A stretch of 63,532 nucleotides of DNA, the filler included, from Phoronis australis (taxonomy: Eukaryota; Animalia; Phoronida), in assembly GCA_002633005.1 (NCBI GenBank). It is 7 parts of 7 records of this genome, joined end to end, with 100 filler letters (N's around TTAATTAATTAA, not from the genome) between each part and the next. Parts side by side here need not be neighbours in the genome. Positions count along the whole stretch, not along the records: positions 1 to 27,989 come from NMRA01000099.1; 6 more parts are not named here. One strand, written 5' to 3'. Below are positions 13,786 through 25,460 of the stretch, one piece after another (position 1 is the first letter of the stretch; every line of letters starts with the position of its first letter). Under the pieces are notes generated by a model. The model had not been told where the DNA came from, did not search any database, and worked only from the letters and a program-made list of their open reading frames with translations. The position numbers were made by a program, and so were the translations under genes.

Positions 13786-14677
13786 TTTATGATCTAATGA
13801 CAGAAAAGTTACTCAAAACACATGAAAACTGCTGTGAGCCCCGCATACATATTAAAGTGATGAAATTCAAACACATAGCTGTCTGCAGTTATTTATATTG
13901 GAAATTTGTGATCAAAGCAAAACATAAGAATATCAAACATGTTTACAGGAATGGCACATAACTACTAACAATTGTCTGATGTTTTCAGGCACAAAGTGTT
14001 TTTTCACTAAACAAGGATTCATGAAATGTGCACTTTTATGGGTTGGCAATATATTGTTACTGATAATCTTAGTGGGCATTCAATTATTAAATATGCTAGC
14101 ACTCTATAAAAGTTGTGTCTTGAAAACCAAGAAACAATGACCGTTGGATAAAAGTTTTCGTAAACTACTAGCCGGAGCGTCATCTTTTATGTTGCGACAT
14201 CATAATACACGAAGCACGTCAAACTATAAACAAAAACAGGCAATACAAAGCAGAACCGCCTCACAACGAATGTGTTCATTCAAACACCGATTGCTCAAGG
14301 TATGTTGGTTATACAACTTGCACCTTATCTCGCTGGTAGTGTATGCATTTACAAAATGGATCCATTAAAGATCACCTTCAAACACTCCACAAACAGAAAA
14401 TTTCTCGTTCAGATATTGTTGACAATACCATCGTCAGGTATTTCGAACGTGATTCCTTTTGTTTGAAAATTATCGAAGCTTTAATAATAAAAACTGAAAC
14501 TCCTGACATAAATTCCCAAGATACTGGGTTCCATCGTATCTTGTCGTTATATAAATAATGTCTATAATTATGTTGTAACACCTAATTATGTATTTTATTA
14601 AATTTTACAACGTTTTATAGTACATTAATTCCCTTACTTCTGTAATTGCGCTCTTATATAATTTTCTACCTTATAAA

Positions 14678-16631
14678 GGTAGGTGGATACACAAAAAAAT
14701 TAATTTTGACTGTTTTTTACATTTTCATATCATCCTAATCTTTAATTCTTGATGCACAGTATACTGAAGAAAAATAAAATCATTCTGAAAATCCAAAGTT
14801 GTTTTTTTAGCTATATTTGACCAAGCCTCAGTAAGTCATATGGCTTGAGTGCTCACCAGCTCAGTGATTGACAACTGGGGCGGAGCTTATATACAAGGAC
14901 ACTAGCTCTAATCTAACCCTGTCAACAAGCATTGCGTAACCGGGCAATCGAGAGTGATGTACCAGCTGATATTGGTGTTGTAGCAAGACCAAGAATAAAA
15001 CAATTCTATTTTTGACCATGTGAAAGTTAGTAGTGAAATGGTGAACTAGCTCCTGTTCCGAGCCTGAGCCTGTTTGTCTATCTGCAAAAAAATTAAGTTG
15101 AGTACGCCAAGCCCTACCGAAGCCATCACTGCACTCAGCTTGAGGAGTCCGTGCAGAAATTGTGCATGTATAAGAGAAGTCGGTAATATAAGGTCAGTTG
15201 TCTTGCGAGAGGACGCTGAGTGTCGACGTGGGTGGTGTTGCACGATTCGGTGAGAGTGCATGCACGCGCTGTGAAGACAAGCCGCGCGCGCGACACATGG
15301 ACGACTACATGCCGTCAGAGTAGAGTCTTCGCAGATAAACCGTGCTTCTGTGCTGGGAACGTGCCGTGGAGAAACTAGGCTGTCAAACCCAGAGGATTTT
15401 TAACTTGCCACTGGCCGTAACCCAAAGAATTAGAGAAATGACCCAGTGTTCAACATAACAAAAAATTTTCTAGTGCATAGATTCAAACGTAACCCTGAAT
15501 TAAAACTCATGATATTATACGATTTTAGAGGAAAGCAATATAAGAAACTTTAGTAACTTGAGAATCTCACCCAAGCGGCGCTATTTGCGCAGAAAGTGAT
15601 ATTTTCTTATCCCAAAGTCCATTCGGTACAGGCACGTAAAAATGTTGAACCATTACTATGAAAGTAGTTCTTTATCCTCGTCGCCAATATTGTTATGTAG
15701 GCAGTAACGCGGCGATTTGATATAACACATATATTGGTTGATGATAATATTGGAATACTAACAAATAGGTCTGTGTAATATAGTTAGAGAGTCTTTTACA
15801 AACTGAGTGGAGAGTTCAGATGAATCGTATAAACAATCAACACATGGTGGTCGGCACACCAGTACAGCAGACAATAGATCAACGCTAAGCTCCGCCCACG
15901 TGACAGCCATATTTGTTTTGGTCGTTTGTCGTGCATCACAAGTTCGAAAAAATGATTAAAATTACGCTGTAAACAAACAGGTATGTCACATTTTCTAAAT
16001 ATGAAGTAAATATCAGCTTTATTTCTAGTACTTCAACAAAAATTGGAACATAGTGACCACGCATTCTGAACGAAATTTGATCTCAAGTGGCAATCAATGA
16101 CCGCTTAACTTCAAAGCCGTTTTTCTCGGCTCGTGATTTCAGGATAGTGACACGATTCTCGGGCCTATTTTTCCACAACACATGGGTCAATTTTAACGAA
16201 AGTTGCAAATTTGAAATCCTCTTGGACTGAAGTAAAATCGCGTGCCAGGGTTTTTTGATAAATGGACCAGATTTTTAGTTATTAGACGGAAAGTGACCAA
16301 ATGACAAAAAGTGGCGTGCTTGCCCCAACTCACACACAAAAAATGCCACAAAATCAAGATCATAATGATTTTGTACACATATTTGGTATGGATAAGTAGA
16401 ATATTGTGTAAGGAAATAGTTGATGATGATCCCTGTGTATTTTGAAAAAAAATTCGAGGTAAAATTGGATTTGTTGAAAATTAAAAAATACGATTTTTTA
16501 AAAAAACGAACTACAAAAAAACATTTTCTTTCGATTTTTGTCACTTTCAGAGTCATGTCTAACTAGTTAAAACTCCCTTTTTACTCATTTTAGTAAGGAA
16601 CCTGGAGATTTGATCAGTGTATACACCTACC
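14678..16631. mobile_element. Non-autonomous TTAA-targeting DNA transposon (Kolobok-like) inserted in the upstream Penelope repeat
   Basis: TIRs GGTAGGTGGATACAC / GTGTATACACCTACC; right flank TTAA; the uninterrupted site (TTTAATGTCA) is seen in the other repeat copy at ~19571; internal inverted GGGCGGAGCTT/AAGCTCCGCCC. Confidence 0.8.
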
Positions 16632-16797
16632 TTAATGTCACTGTTCTTATTTCATGTATCATACACGATTAGCATTTATGATTTTAAATTTATTTGCCTT
16701 GGATGACTAAAGTCTAGTCGAAGTACAGCAACTGTTTTATTATGAAATGTTTTGTACAGTGTTTTATTATATATTTCCTCATATATTTGTGTTCGTG

Positions 16798-19452
16798 ATG
16801 CCACTCACACTCGGCGATCTACTAACTGCCATCTGAAGAAAGACATTTATGTAGACAATAAGGCCAAGAACAGCTTACTTTTCAATGAAGCATGTATAAA
16901 AGAAGGTTTGCTACCCAAATACACGTATATTCAGCTCCATGACCCTGCAGCCCCAGAAGAAACCTTCACTCTTGAGTATAGGAAACAACTCCTTACAAGA
17001 CAAATTACATCATTAGCAGTTTGACTAGTCAAATCAAAGCAGTCAAGCATGAACTAGAAATAATTGAAACGCAAAAAGGTCACTTGATGCATGAAATTTT
17101 GCAACATAGCCACTCCTATGCCGATAAAGAGCAGAAGAAGTCTACAAACACGATCATGAAAAAACTAGAAAATTTATATAAAGGTGCTATAGTTACACCG
17201 CAAGAACGGAAAACATAGTTACATGAATTTGTCTCATCATCAACTCACAGATGAACATTAATTTTTGTCAATAGGGATGAATGTACACCTTAAACCTCGA
17301 TTTGATTTGTACAAAAAACGTGTTGAACTTGAAAAACTATACCAAGATATTGAAAACCTTGAGAGAAATGGCTTTGTCAATGTTTAAATACGAATATTAA
17401 AGACCAACTCAAGGCAGAAGAGACAAAGAACAGAACCAATTCATGAAATCCCAAAAGAATGTTAACCAAAGAACTTCGTACTGCCGCTAAGCAACTGAGG
17501 GACAATGATGACATCGTTATTAGAAAGTCTGATAAGACACTGCGAATGTTATAATGAATAAGAACGAGAGAAACTGAATAACATCATCGCTGACAAATCA
17601 AAGTTTGAGAATATGAATCGTAACCCCATAAATAATCTTAAGAAAAAACTAAACAGTTTAATTAAACTTGTCTAGCTAATGTTCACAAAAAGTATTTCAA
17701 AATTGTTGAGGAAGATTTTTCAGAAGGATACTTGTATGGTAACCCTAAAACACATAAGCCTGGGTATTCACTAAGACTCATCATTTCCCGGGTGTTAACC
17801 CCTACCTATGAGATTGCTAAAACATTAGATAAACTCATCAAACAATACTTACCTTTAGAAGTACAATGTAAAATCTAGTGATGAATTTTTAGATTTATTA
17901 AGATCTATTGACGCAACGCCCAATTCCTATCCTGTATTTCTTTGACGTTGAAAGTTTATTTACTAACGTCCCTGTTGTCGAAACTGTAGAAATTATATCT
18001 TCTATGTGTAGCCATGTATCAATGACTCCTCCGAGTATTCCTAAAGAGGTAATACGAGATTTGCTGTTACTTTGTACTACAAAAGTACCACTTAGAAACA
18101 TCGATGGCAAATTGTATTTTCAAACCAATGGTGTATCCATGGGATCACCTCTCGCACCAACTTTTCCTGACTTTTACATGTGCAACCTTGAAACTAAGGT
18201 TATCCATAGTCTTCAAGAAAAGCCAAACATGTTCCGAAGATATGTTGATATTTTTATGATTGTCAACCATGATAAGCTTAGAGGAGGCAGTGTGGCCTGG
18301 TTGATAAGTGCCCGCTTTCTTTACTCGAGGTCATGAGTTCGAGTCCCACCATGTCATACTGCTAAACCCTTGAGCCAGGTTTCTAGCTCCTCAGATCGGT
18401 TTTAACCATATATTAATGAACATAAAAATAGTTCCAGGTGATCAGTGCAATGAGCCCAAATGCGAGGCCTGCGCACGTCTGGTACAACGTGTATCAGACC
18501 GCCTACAATTGTTTTTTTTAACCATGATAAGCAGGAGATCAAACTCGCATTAGAGCAAAATTCTGTATTAAAATTTACGCATGAATTACCACTAAGCAAC
18601 AAGCTTCCGTTTTTAGACGTACTTGTTGATTAGGATGAATCTGGCATTAAAACCTCAGTATACAGGGAACCAACATATGATGGGGTTTGTTTACATGATA
18701 CCAGCCAATGTCCTCTAAGATATAAACTCTCTGTTTTGCCGAGCTATTTGAAAAGAGCATAGTCTGCTTGCCCACACTGGGAAACCTTTAACACTGAGTG
18801 TAATCGCATCAAGCAAATTATGACAAATAACGGTTACAGTAATAAGTTTGTTGATGAGAATATGAACCTTTTCATAAGCCGCTTACAGAAGCCTAAGTGT
18901 TTGAAACAAATAGGTGGTTGTACCAAGAAATTATTCTACCGCAACCAATTCCTTTCACGTTATATTGAAGATGAACAAGTTTTAAAACGGATTATCCATA
19001 ATAATGTTAAGACCGTTAAGCCAGCAGATAGCCTTTCGTTAATTACATATTACCAAAACCATAAAACTAAAGATCTTGTTGTTTAAAACAATATGTGCAC
19101 AAAGTCTGTCCGAATGTTAGCCAAAACTGACTTGGTTTATCAGTTCAATTGCCCTCACAACGAATGTATTCATTCAAACACTGATTGCTCAAGGTATGTT
19201 GGTTATACAACTTGCACTTTATCTCGCCGGTTATCTATGCATTTACAAAATGGATCCATTAAAGATCACTTTCAAACACTTCACAAACAGAAAATTTCTC
19301 ATTCAGATATTGTTGACAATACCATCATCAGGTATTTCCAACGCGATTCCTTTTGTTTGAAAATTATCGAAGCTTTAATAATAAAAACTGAAACTCCTGA
19401 CATAAATTCCCAAGATACTGGGTTCCATCGTACCTTGTCGTTATATAAATAA
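16798..19452 (+). pseudogene. Disrupted Penelope-like ORF: N-terminal domain, reverse transcriptase and GIY-YIG endonuclease
   Basis: Motifs FNEACIKEGLLPKYT, IVIRKSDKT, YLYGNPKTHK, FDVESLFTNVPV, QTNGVSMGSPLAP, RRYVD-IF, LPFLDVLV, VYQFNCPHNEC...YVGYTTCTLSRRLSMH...IIEALII; multiple frameshifts and stops. Confidence 0.9.
18278..18519 (+). mobile_element. tRNA-derived SINE, family 1, inserted in the Penelope RT
   Basis: Exact 13-bp TSD AACCATGATAAGC (18265-18277, 18520-18532); A box TGGCCTGGTTG and B box GAGTTCGAGTCCC; T-rich tail. Confidence 0.9.
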
Positions 19453-20130
19453 TGTCTATATGTTGTAACACCTATGTATTTTATCAAATTTTACAATGTT
19501 TTGTAGTACATTAATTCCCATGACAATTCCTTCTGTAATTGCGCTCTTATAATGCTACCTTATATTTGTGTTTAATGTCATTGTTCTTGTTTCATGTATC
19601 ATACACGATTAGCGTTTATGATATTAAATTTATTTGCCTTGGATGACTGAAGTCTAGTCGAAGTACAGCAACTGTTTTATTATGAGATGTTTTGTACAGT
19701 GTTTTATTTTATATAAACTCGTATATTTGTGTTCGTGATGCCACTTACACTTGGTGATCTACTAACTGCCATCTGAAGAAAGACATTTAGGTAGACGAAT
19801 ACGAAAGTTTGTTGAATGAACAAACTATCTAAGGCCAAGAACAGCTTACTTTTCAATAAAACATGTATAAAAGAAGGTCTGCTACCCAAATACACAGATA
19901 TATGTAATGTATAACTATATATGGGTTCAATTCCCAATGTCTGGACTTGCGTGTTTTTTCAAACAGGCAAATAAAGCCAACATAAGAGGTGAAAAACACA
20001 TGCTTTCCTGAAGGAATTTTCACTATTGGATAGTTTTGCCCTGTAAACAAATTACCCATGGACTGGTATTTAATTTCTATCATGGTCTATCATTTTACAA
20101 AAAGGGTTACAGCGCCATCTATGGACCCAC

Positions 20131-20304
20131 CTGAGTAATCACATCCTCAGCTTGTAGAGGAGTACCCTTGCCCCAGCTATAGACAATTTTATCAACAGTC
20201 TCATTCAGTTCACCGAAGCATGACATGTTAGGCATGACCAGGCCATTTTGACGTGTGCTACATTTTTCCAGGTATGCCACCGACTCATTACTTGTCTCAA
20301 GGAG
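20131..20304 (-). CDS. INTS8: INTS8 internal exon (LLETSNESVAYLEK...AEDVITQ)
   Basis: TTTTCAG acceptor, GT donor, 174 nt in frame with the flanking exons. Confidence 0.85.
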
Positions 20305-20350
20305 CTGAAAAGAAAACATGTTCAGGTGAAAACTACAATCATAAAATATA

Positions 20351-21261
20351 AACAAGAGCAACAAGGAGCGTTGAATTGTGACCACGAATGCGTCGCAAAT
20401 GGTGTGCTTTTAGGGTAATTGTTTATTTGTGTCATAAAAATGACCACTAGATGGCGTAAAAATGTACAATCTATCAAAAAACCGGAACACGTCATTACTT
20501 CATTAATAGAAAGCTATACACCAAATTTCATACAAACTGTCACGGAACTTCAGAGAAACAAAGGAAAACAGAATAAAATGAAATTGCCATTTGGGGGCAC
20601 ACTGCTCATTGGATCAGCCTGAAAGTCGCCATAGTCTGTTGTTATCTTCATACAAATACACTAAATAAATTTAATAAAGATACTGCAGTAGGTTTAGGAG
20701 ATATAACTATGGGCGCAAAACAAAACAAAACAAAACAGAATTACCACTAGGAGGCGCCACAGTAGTCAAAGTTGTCACCAACTGACCTCTTCACACTGAG
20801 AACATATACACCAATTTTCAAAACCATCCTTCCCATGATTTGGTTAATAGAAGGGTAGACGCAAAAAAACAGACTCAAAAACAGCAAAAATGGCCACTAG
20901 GTGGCGCAAAATACCTTGATTCCATCCAAAACCGGGAGGATAGCGTCATCTCACCAATAGAAGCCCGTATTCAAAATTTTATGAAAATCCGTTGAGGAAC
21001 TTTGAAGATACAGAGGTAAACGTAAAAACCTAAAATTGCCACTAGGGGGCACACCAGTAGTCGAATCCGTCCGAAAGTTCGCTCATGCTGTCCCATCCAT
21101 GAAAGGAACACTTGTGCAACATTTCGTGCAACATTTCATGAACGTCAATCGGTTTTGGAGATAGAGCAGCGGACGCTGGATGGACGCTGGAGAGACGGAT
21201 GGAAGGTCGGACGGAGATGACGGCATAATGCATCCACATATAAATATATGACTGCATAATA
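20351..21261 (+). mobile_element. HINE-like element with 5 satellite monomers
   Basis: AACAAGAG start, ~145-bp monomers, (GGAC/GGAT)-type microsatellite and terminal hairpin CATCCACATATAAATATATG; architecture like mollusc Helentron-associated satellite carriers. Confidence 0.75.
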
Positions 21262-22255
21262 ATCACAGTACAGTGAAAAATTATACTGTGATCTCTTCCA
21301 TTTGAGATGCTGAAAGTGCTCACAGAAATATAATTATTTCTCATTTCTTTCACCTTGTTTCAATGACACAAACTAATTTTCAGTCGCAGCAAACAATTCT
21401 CCATGACTATTAATAGGTAAACAACAAAAAAATTGTTCTACCTTGGTTGAGCCTGATATTTCACTTGCAAGCAGAGTTGAAACTGGATTGACAAAATAAT
21501 AACTCCCAAAGTGTCCACAGGACTACAGTTGGGGAGTTTCAATGATTTATGTACCCGAGAGAGGTGCGTGAACTGTAAATTTTGCAACCTGAACAATAAA
21601 CAAGCGCCACTAACACAAAAACGCACCCTGCTTTAAATATTCGTTATCACGGCTCGCACCTTGTAACATTCCGAGACATCTGTAGAGGCGGGATTACAGA
21701 AATTGAAAGACAAACATGAGGAACAAAATCGACTATTGCCTAACAGAAAATAGATTACAAGCACTTTGCTACCTATTTTCAGGCCTAAACCAGAATTGTC
21801 AATTATTGGTGATGTGAACGTGTTTCAGTATTCTTCCAAGATACAGACTTGGCTAACTTGTATTCAGTAAAGTGAGACTGCGCGAGAACCTGCATATTAG
21901 TTTACCAAACACTATATTGGTTTGAGCTGATTCAAATAAGTTCATCAACTTGCCTCAACCTTTAGAAGTCCGGAAAGATTATTTAGCAGAGGCGCATCCT
22001 TGATTTTATCGACAGAGAAGTTTACCAACTCAACATGGGCCCCCCTCTCTGAGCATGAGCAAAACCAGATGCCGGCAACAAACTTTTCAATTGGGGTCCA
22101 GTCTCCCGTCTTGCGAGATTCAAAATACAGACGGTGTTCATTGTCACAAAGAAAGGACAGAAAAAACACCCTTTGGCATCAAGGGTTGCTTATAGAGTGA
22201 CAAGGGATTGAATCACCCAGAGATCCAAGCCTGTTAAAGTAGGTACGCACAAACA

Positions 22256-22455
22256 ATGTAGTCCTGTAGGGGTTAAAGTGCTGAATCTCCATTTGGGAGA
22301 CATGGGTTCCAATCCTGGCTCACTGGCAGGCAGTTAGACATTACAAAAAGAGTGTTCACTCCTCTGAGCTCAGTCTTAGTAGTGGATGGATGTAAGGAAA
22401 TTAATGAAAACTTACATATATTGCACGGAATTAGCTAGTGGCATTCTACAAGAAC
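22256..22455 (+). mobile_element. tRNA-derived SINE, family 2 (diverged)
   Basis: GGGTTCCAATCCTGGC B-box-like sequence and ACTCCTCTGAGCTCAGT core as at 13591-13785. Confidence 0.5.
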
Positions 22456-22477
22456 AAAAAAGATTTCATGGGTAATG

Positions 22478-22672
22478 AATGAGGGATTTAATAATCACTA
22501 GGTGGCGCTAATGACAAATGGACCCTCTTTTTGACATTTGAGTAGATCAATAGCAGAAACTAGTTCATCTGCATGGGTGTATTTGCGTGATAAAAGAACT
22601 GAATACAGGCATTTCTATGGATATGTCCCTTACTGCACTAGCGCCACCGAGTGAGTTTTAAGTGTCCCATTG
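22478..22672. mobile_element. Small MITE-like inverted-repeat element
   Basis: TCACTAGGTGGCGCTA ... TAGCGCCACCGAGTGA imperfect inverted arms. Confidence 0.4.
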
Positions 22673-22717
22673 TCTTCACTCTGTTGCCAAGAAGTCCAGA
22701 TTCGAGTAACAACTTAC

Positions 22718-22778
22718 AGTCTTAATCTCCACCTCAGGAGGATTCAGAACTGGTATCACCATCTCCGTCAAGCCTGGC
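22718..22778 (-). CDS. INTS8: INTS8 internal exon (PGLTEMVIPVLNPPEVEIKT)
   Basis: TTGTAG acceptor, GTAAGT donor, 61 nt, phase 2 to 0, bridges the neighbouring exons in frame; weakly conserved region. Confidence 0.7.
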
Positions 22779-23375
22779 CTACAATGTGCAAACAATAGAA
22801 ATACTGCTTCTATATGAAACCTCATAGAGCTACAGTGAGACCATGCTCCTGAATTGACGACAGGATTTGTAGTGCATGTGGTGCATTGAAAGGAAACTAC
22901 AGCTCTCGCTTACTTATACAATGGCATCGCACGCATCTGTGATCTACAGTGACTAGTTTCAAACTTTCACTTCATTTAAACTCAATTCAAAATCGCCAAC
23001 TTCACATTCGAATAGATACAGTCAGCGGCAGCAAACATGTAGACATCAGAGATTCACTAAACCCCATTCCATGCAAACTGTAACCAGGGTAAACATTCCA
23101 AAAATCATAAATTTTGAAAGGCGATGCTATGTTTAAATTTAAGCTATCAATCCCTACTTTTTATTTTTAATGAGGATTTGATCATTGCCTACGTTAACAG
23201 TTCATAACTTTGAAGCTATCATTAAATAAATAAATATAAGATTTGATCAATGTCAGCAAATATCACTTACGTTCAGAGTTCACAGCTTTGAGGTTACTAT
23301 TAAGTAAATCAATGAATAAATAAAAGTAATAACAAATAGCACCACTCCACAAGACATTGAACCTTTCTCACTTAC

Positions 23376-23441
23376 ACAGCAATATTACTCCCCTTGGATG
23401 GTTTGGGTGGGAAACTAGCACGAACCAGGCTTCTCAAACTC
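23376..23441 (-). CDS. INTS8: INTS8 internal exon (SLRSLVRASFPPKPSKGSNIAV)
   Basis: 66 nt with AG/GTAAG; matches INTS8 WAIRTIVQSSFPVK. Confidence 0.85.
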
Positions 23442-23875
23442 CTGAAACAAAAAAAAATCAACTTAAAAATTAGAAAACACAAATATCAACAGGTTCTGAC
23501 GTTGAGGCCTTTTATTTCTCAGGCTTTATATGCACCTGTTAACACTTAACGTTAGCACACGAAGAATTCTTTGAGAAAAATGACAACAACAATACTAGTG
23601 CAGACAGCAATAATTATCTCATTCCAAAACTAAAACAAAATGCTGCTTGATTTTGGTCAGCACATTCAGCATCGTTTCAACCTCTCCCACAAATTTCGGC
23701 TTTAAGAAGAAATCTGCCCGTGTATCATTTAAGAACACAACTATTTTGATATTTTTTAAATCACAACCACAGATTATATCAGAGCTTTTAATTAAACACA
23801 AAAAGTATGGAGAAAAGAGACCCGAATCCTATTTCTAGACTTTGTTAATGTTTTAACAAAATGTGCAAGGCTTAC

Positions 23876-23986
23876 CAACGATGCCAGAGCTGCAGGGAAA
23901 ACTGGGTGTGGTCGGCCCCAGGGTTGGCATCAGTGGTAGCCTCAAGCAGCTCAGACAGCAGAGTCTTCAACATGAGAAATGGCAGC
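23876..23986 (-). CDS. INTS8: INTS8 internal exon (LPFLMLKTLLSELL...LQLWHRW)
   Basis: 111 nt with AG/GTAAG; matches INTS8 LSVPVLNMLLNELL...LLYNRW. Starts in phase 2, so further upstream exons must exist; I did not find them. Confidence 0.85.
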
Positions 23987-24305
23987 CTGACAAAGACAAA
24001 CAAAATCTTTAAAGCTGTTACAAACCAAAAGTTTTGCCAAAGATATTTTTAATTAACACCACTTACCATTACAAAATTGCTTCCAACTTATAACTCACTT
24101 CTATTAAACAGGGTAAGGGATCAGCTGACACTTAGTGCTTGAGATAATGCTCGGTGCATAAACTGACCAGCCATGACAAGCTAGCGCTTAAAACACGATC
24201 TCAAGCATGGACAAAACTGTCAGCTTTTTTCTACAGACCAGGAACCCGGTCACTTTAACGTGAGTATGTCCAAAAGCAGACTAAGAGGTACGCGCACTGG
24301 AAGCA

Positions 24306-24577
24306 AATTAGCTCAACTCTTAGCTTACATCTGCGATAAAATCAATTGTGAGAATTTTGCCTCGCAAGGCAGTGAGGCAAATGTCTCCATTGCAGGAGTT
24401 CTTTCAACTAGCGGGGGCGTAATCTTCCTAGTCCTTAGTCGATTGCTTTCAGCAGCCACTGAAAATAAATTATTACACCACCTGAAAACAACAAATCTCT
24501 CCTTGGCTCATTCTAACTGTGTGTACTACATTTATGCTGTTTATAATGAACGTAATGAATTCTTCAGTGAGCAATTT
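24306..24577. repeat. ~270-bp diverged direct repeat, copy 1 (upstream of the folate-receptor-like pseudogene)
   Basis: Colinear with 26198-26467 (TTAGCTCAACTC ... AACAAATCTCTCCTTGGCTCATTCTAACTGTGTGTAC ... AATGAACGT). Confidence 0.85.
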
Positions 24578-24742
24578 GCTCGCTGTGAGCGGACAACTTG
24601 CATCGAGCTATGAGCTGAGCTATGAGATGAGCTATGAACTGAGCTAAAATTTTTTGACAAACCCCATGAGTTCACATCTTTTCATAGAATAAAAAGTAGA
24701 GAACAAACACCTTAGTCGACATAATGAGGTTAACTGCTAAGA

Positions 24743-25460
24743 ATGAACTTCATAATGTTACAGCTGATTTTGTGTAACTCCATCATAGCAGTTGCAGGGA
24801 ATAATCGAATTGATGCATACCAGAAAGTTGAACAACTCACAGACTCTTGTGTGAAGTTCCCCTTCTGGCACCAGCAAATTAAATGAGGAGAAGAGTTGAG
24901 ACTAGGTGATGCCTGCACACCATGGAGACAGCGAGCATGTTGCCACGGAATTATAACGCAAGAGTCAAGGTTCACATACCATGGCAATCAGACTGGACGA
25001 GGTGTGTTACCTCAGCTGTGTGGGAACATGTCCGAAGGCTGCTGGCGAATGTTCATACAAGACCAATGCATGTATCGATGCTCACCCAACTTAACCCCGT
25101 GGCTAGCCATGGATAAATCTTCCGATGGAATCGAAACCGAGAACGCTAAGTTAGTGCCACTGTGCCGAACAGAGTGCGACCGTTGGTGGAACGAATGCAA
25201 GAATGACTACACGACACGTGTGCTGACAACTACGAGACAGGGCTCAACTACACATCGGATGGTGCTGTGTGTCACAGCAATATGTAGTGCAAGACCTTTG
25301 TGGAATACTTCAGCACAGCAGTCAACTTCTGCAACAGCGTTTACGAGAACGCCTTCAAGGTGACCCCAGATAGTGAATCGCGTATGATATTGTGGTTTAA
25401 CAAAACCCAAGGCAGTGGCCAAACATAAAGCGGAGGAGATCCTTAAGGAACATAAAACAA
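24743..25460 (+). pseudogene. Intronless folate receptor / riboflavin-binding protein family pseudogene
   Basis: Signal-peptide-like MNFIMLQLILCNSIIAVAG, then CTPWRQRACC, CMYRCSPNLTPW, VPLCRTECDRWWNECKNDYT-CADNY, CKTFVEYF, FCNSVYENAFK, MILWF: the folate-receptor cysteine pattern. Lesions are an in-frame TGA at 24884, a 5-bp ACACG duplication near 25210 and an in-frame TAG near 25285. Confidence 0.9.

Larger units (their letters stand above)
14259..19895 (+). mobile_element. Penelope-like retroelement (Naiad-like), partial tandem with direct terminal repeats
   Basis: 14259-14677 plus 16632-16924 repeat 19153-19895 (end of GIY-YIG, 3'UTR and start of ORF); RT and endonuclease motifs lie between the repeats. 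Confidence 0.9.

Noticed and set aside
16798-19620. Selenocysteine recoding (in-frame TGA plus SECIS), as reported for some Naiad elements
   Set aside because: The endonuclease cysteines are encoded by TGC/TGT, the visible TGAs sit among other stops and frameshifts, and I could not fold a convincing SECIS in the 3'UTR.
24884-24886. TGA in the folate-receptor-like frame as possible selenocysteine
   Set aside because: It is not at a conserved cysteine position and is accompanied by a frameshift and a TAG, so decay is the simpler explanation.
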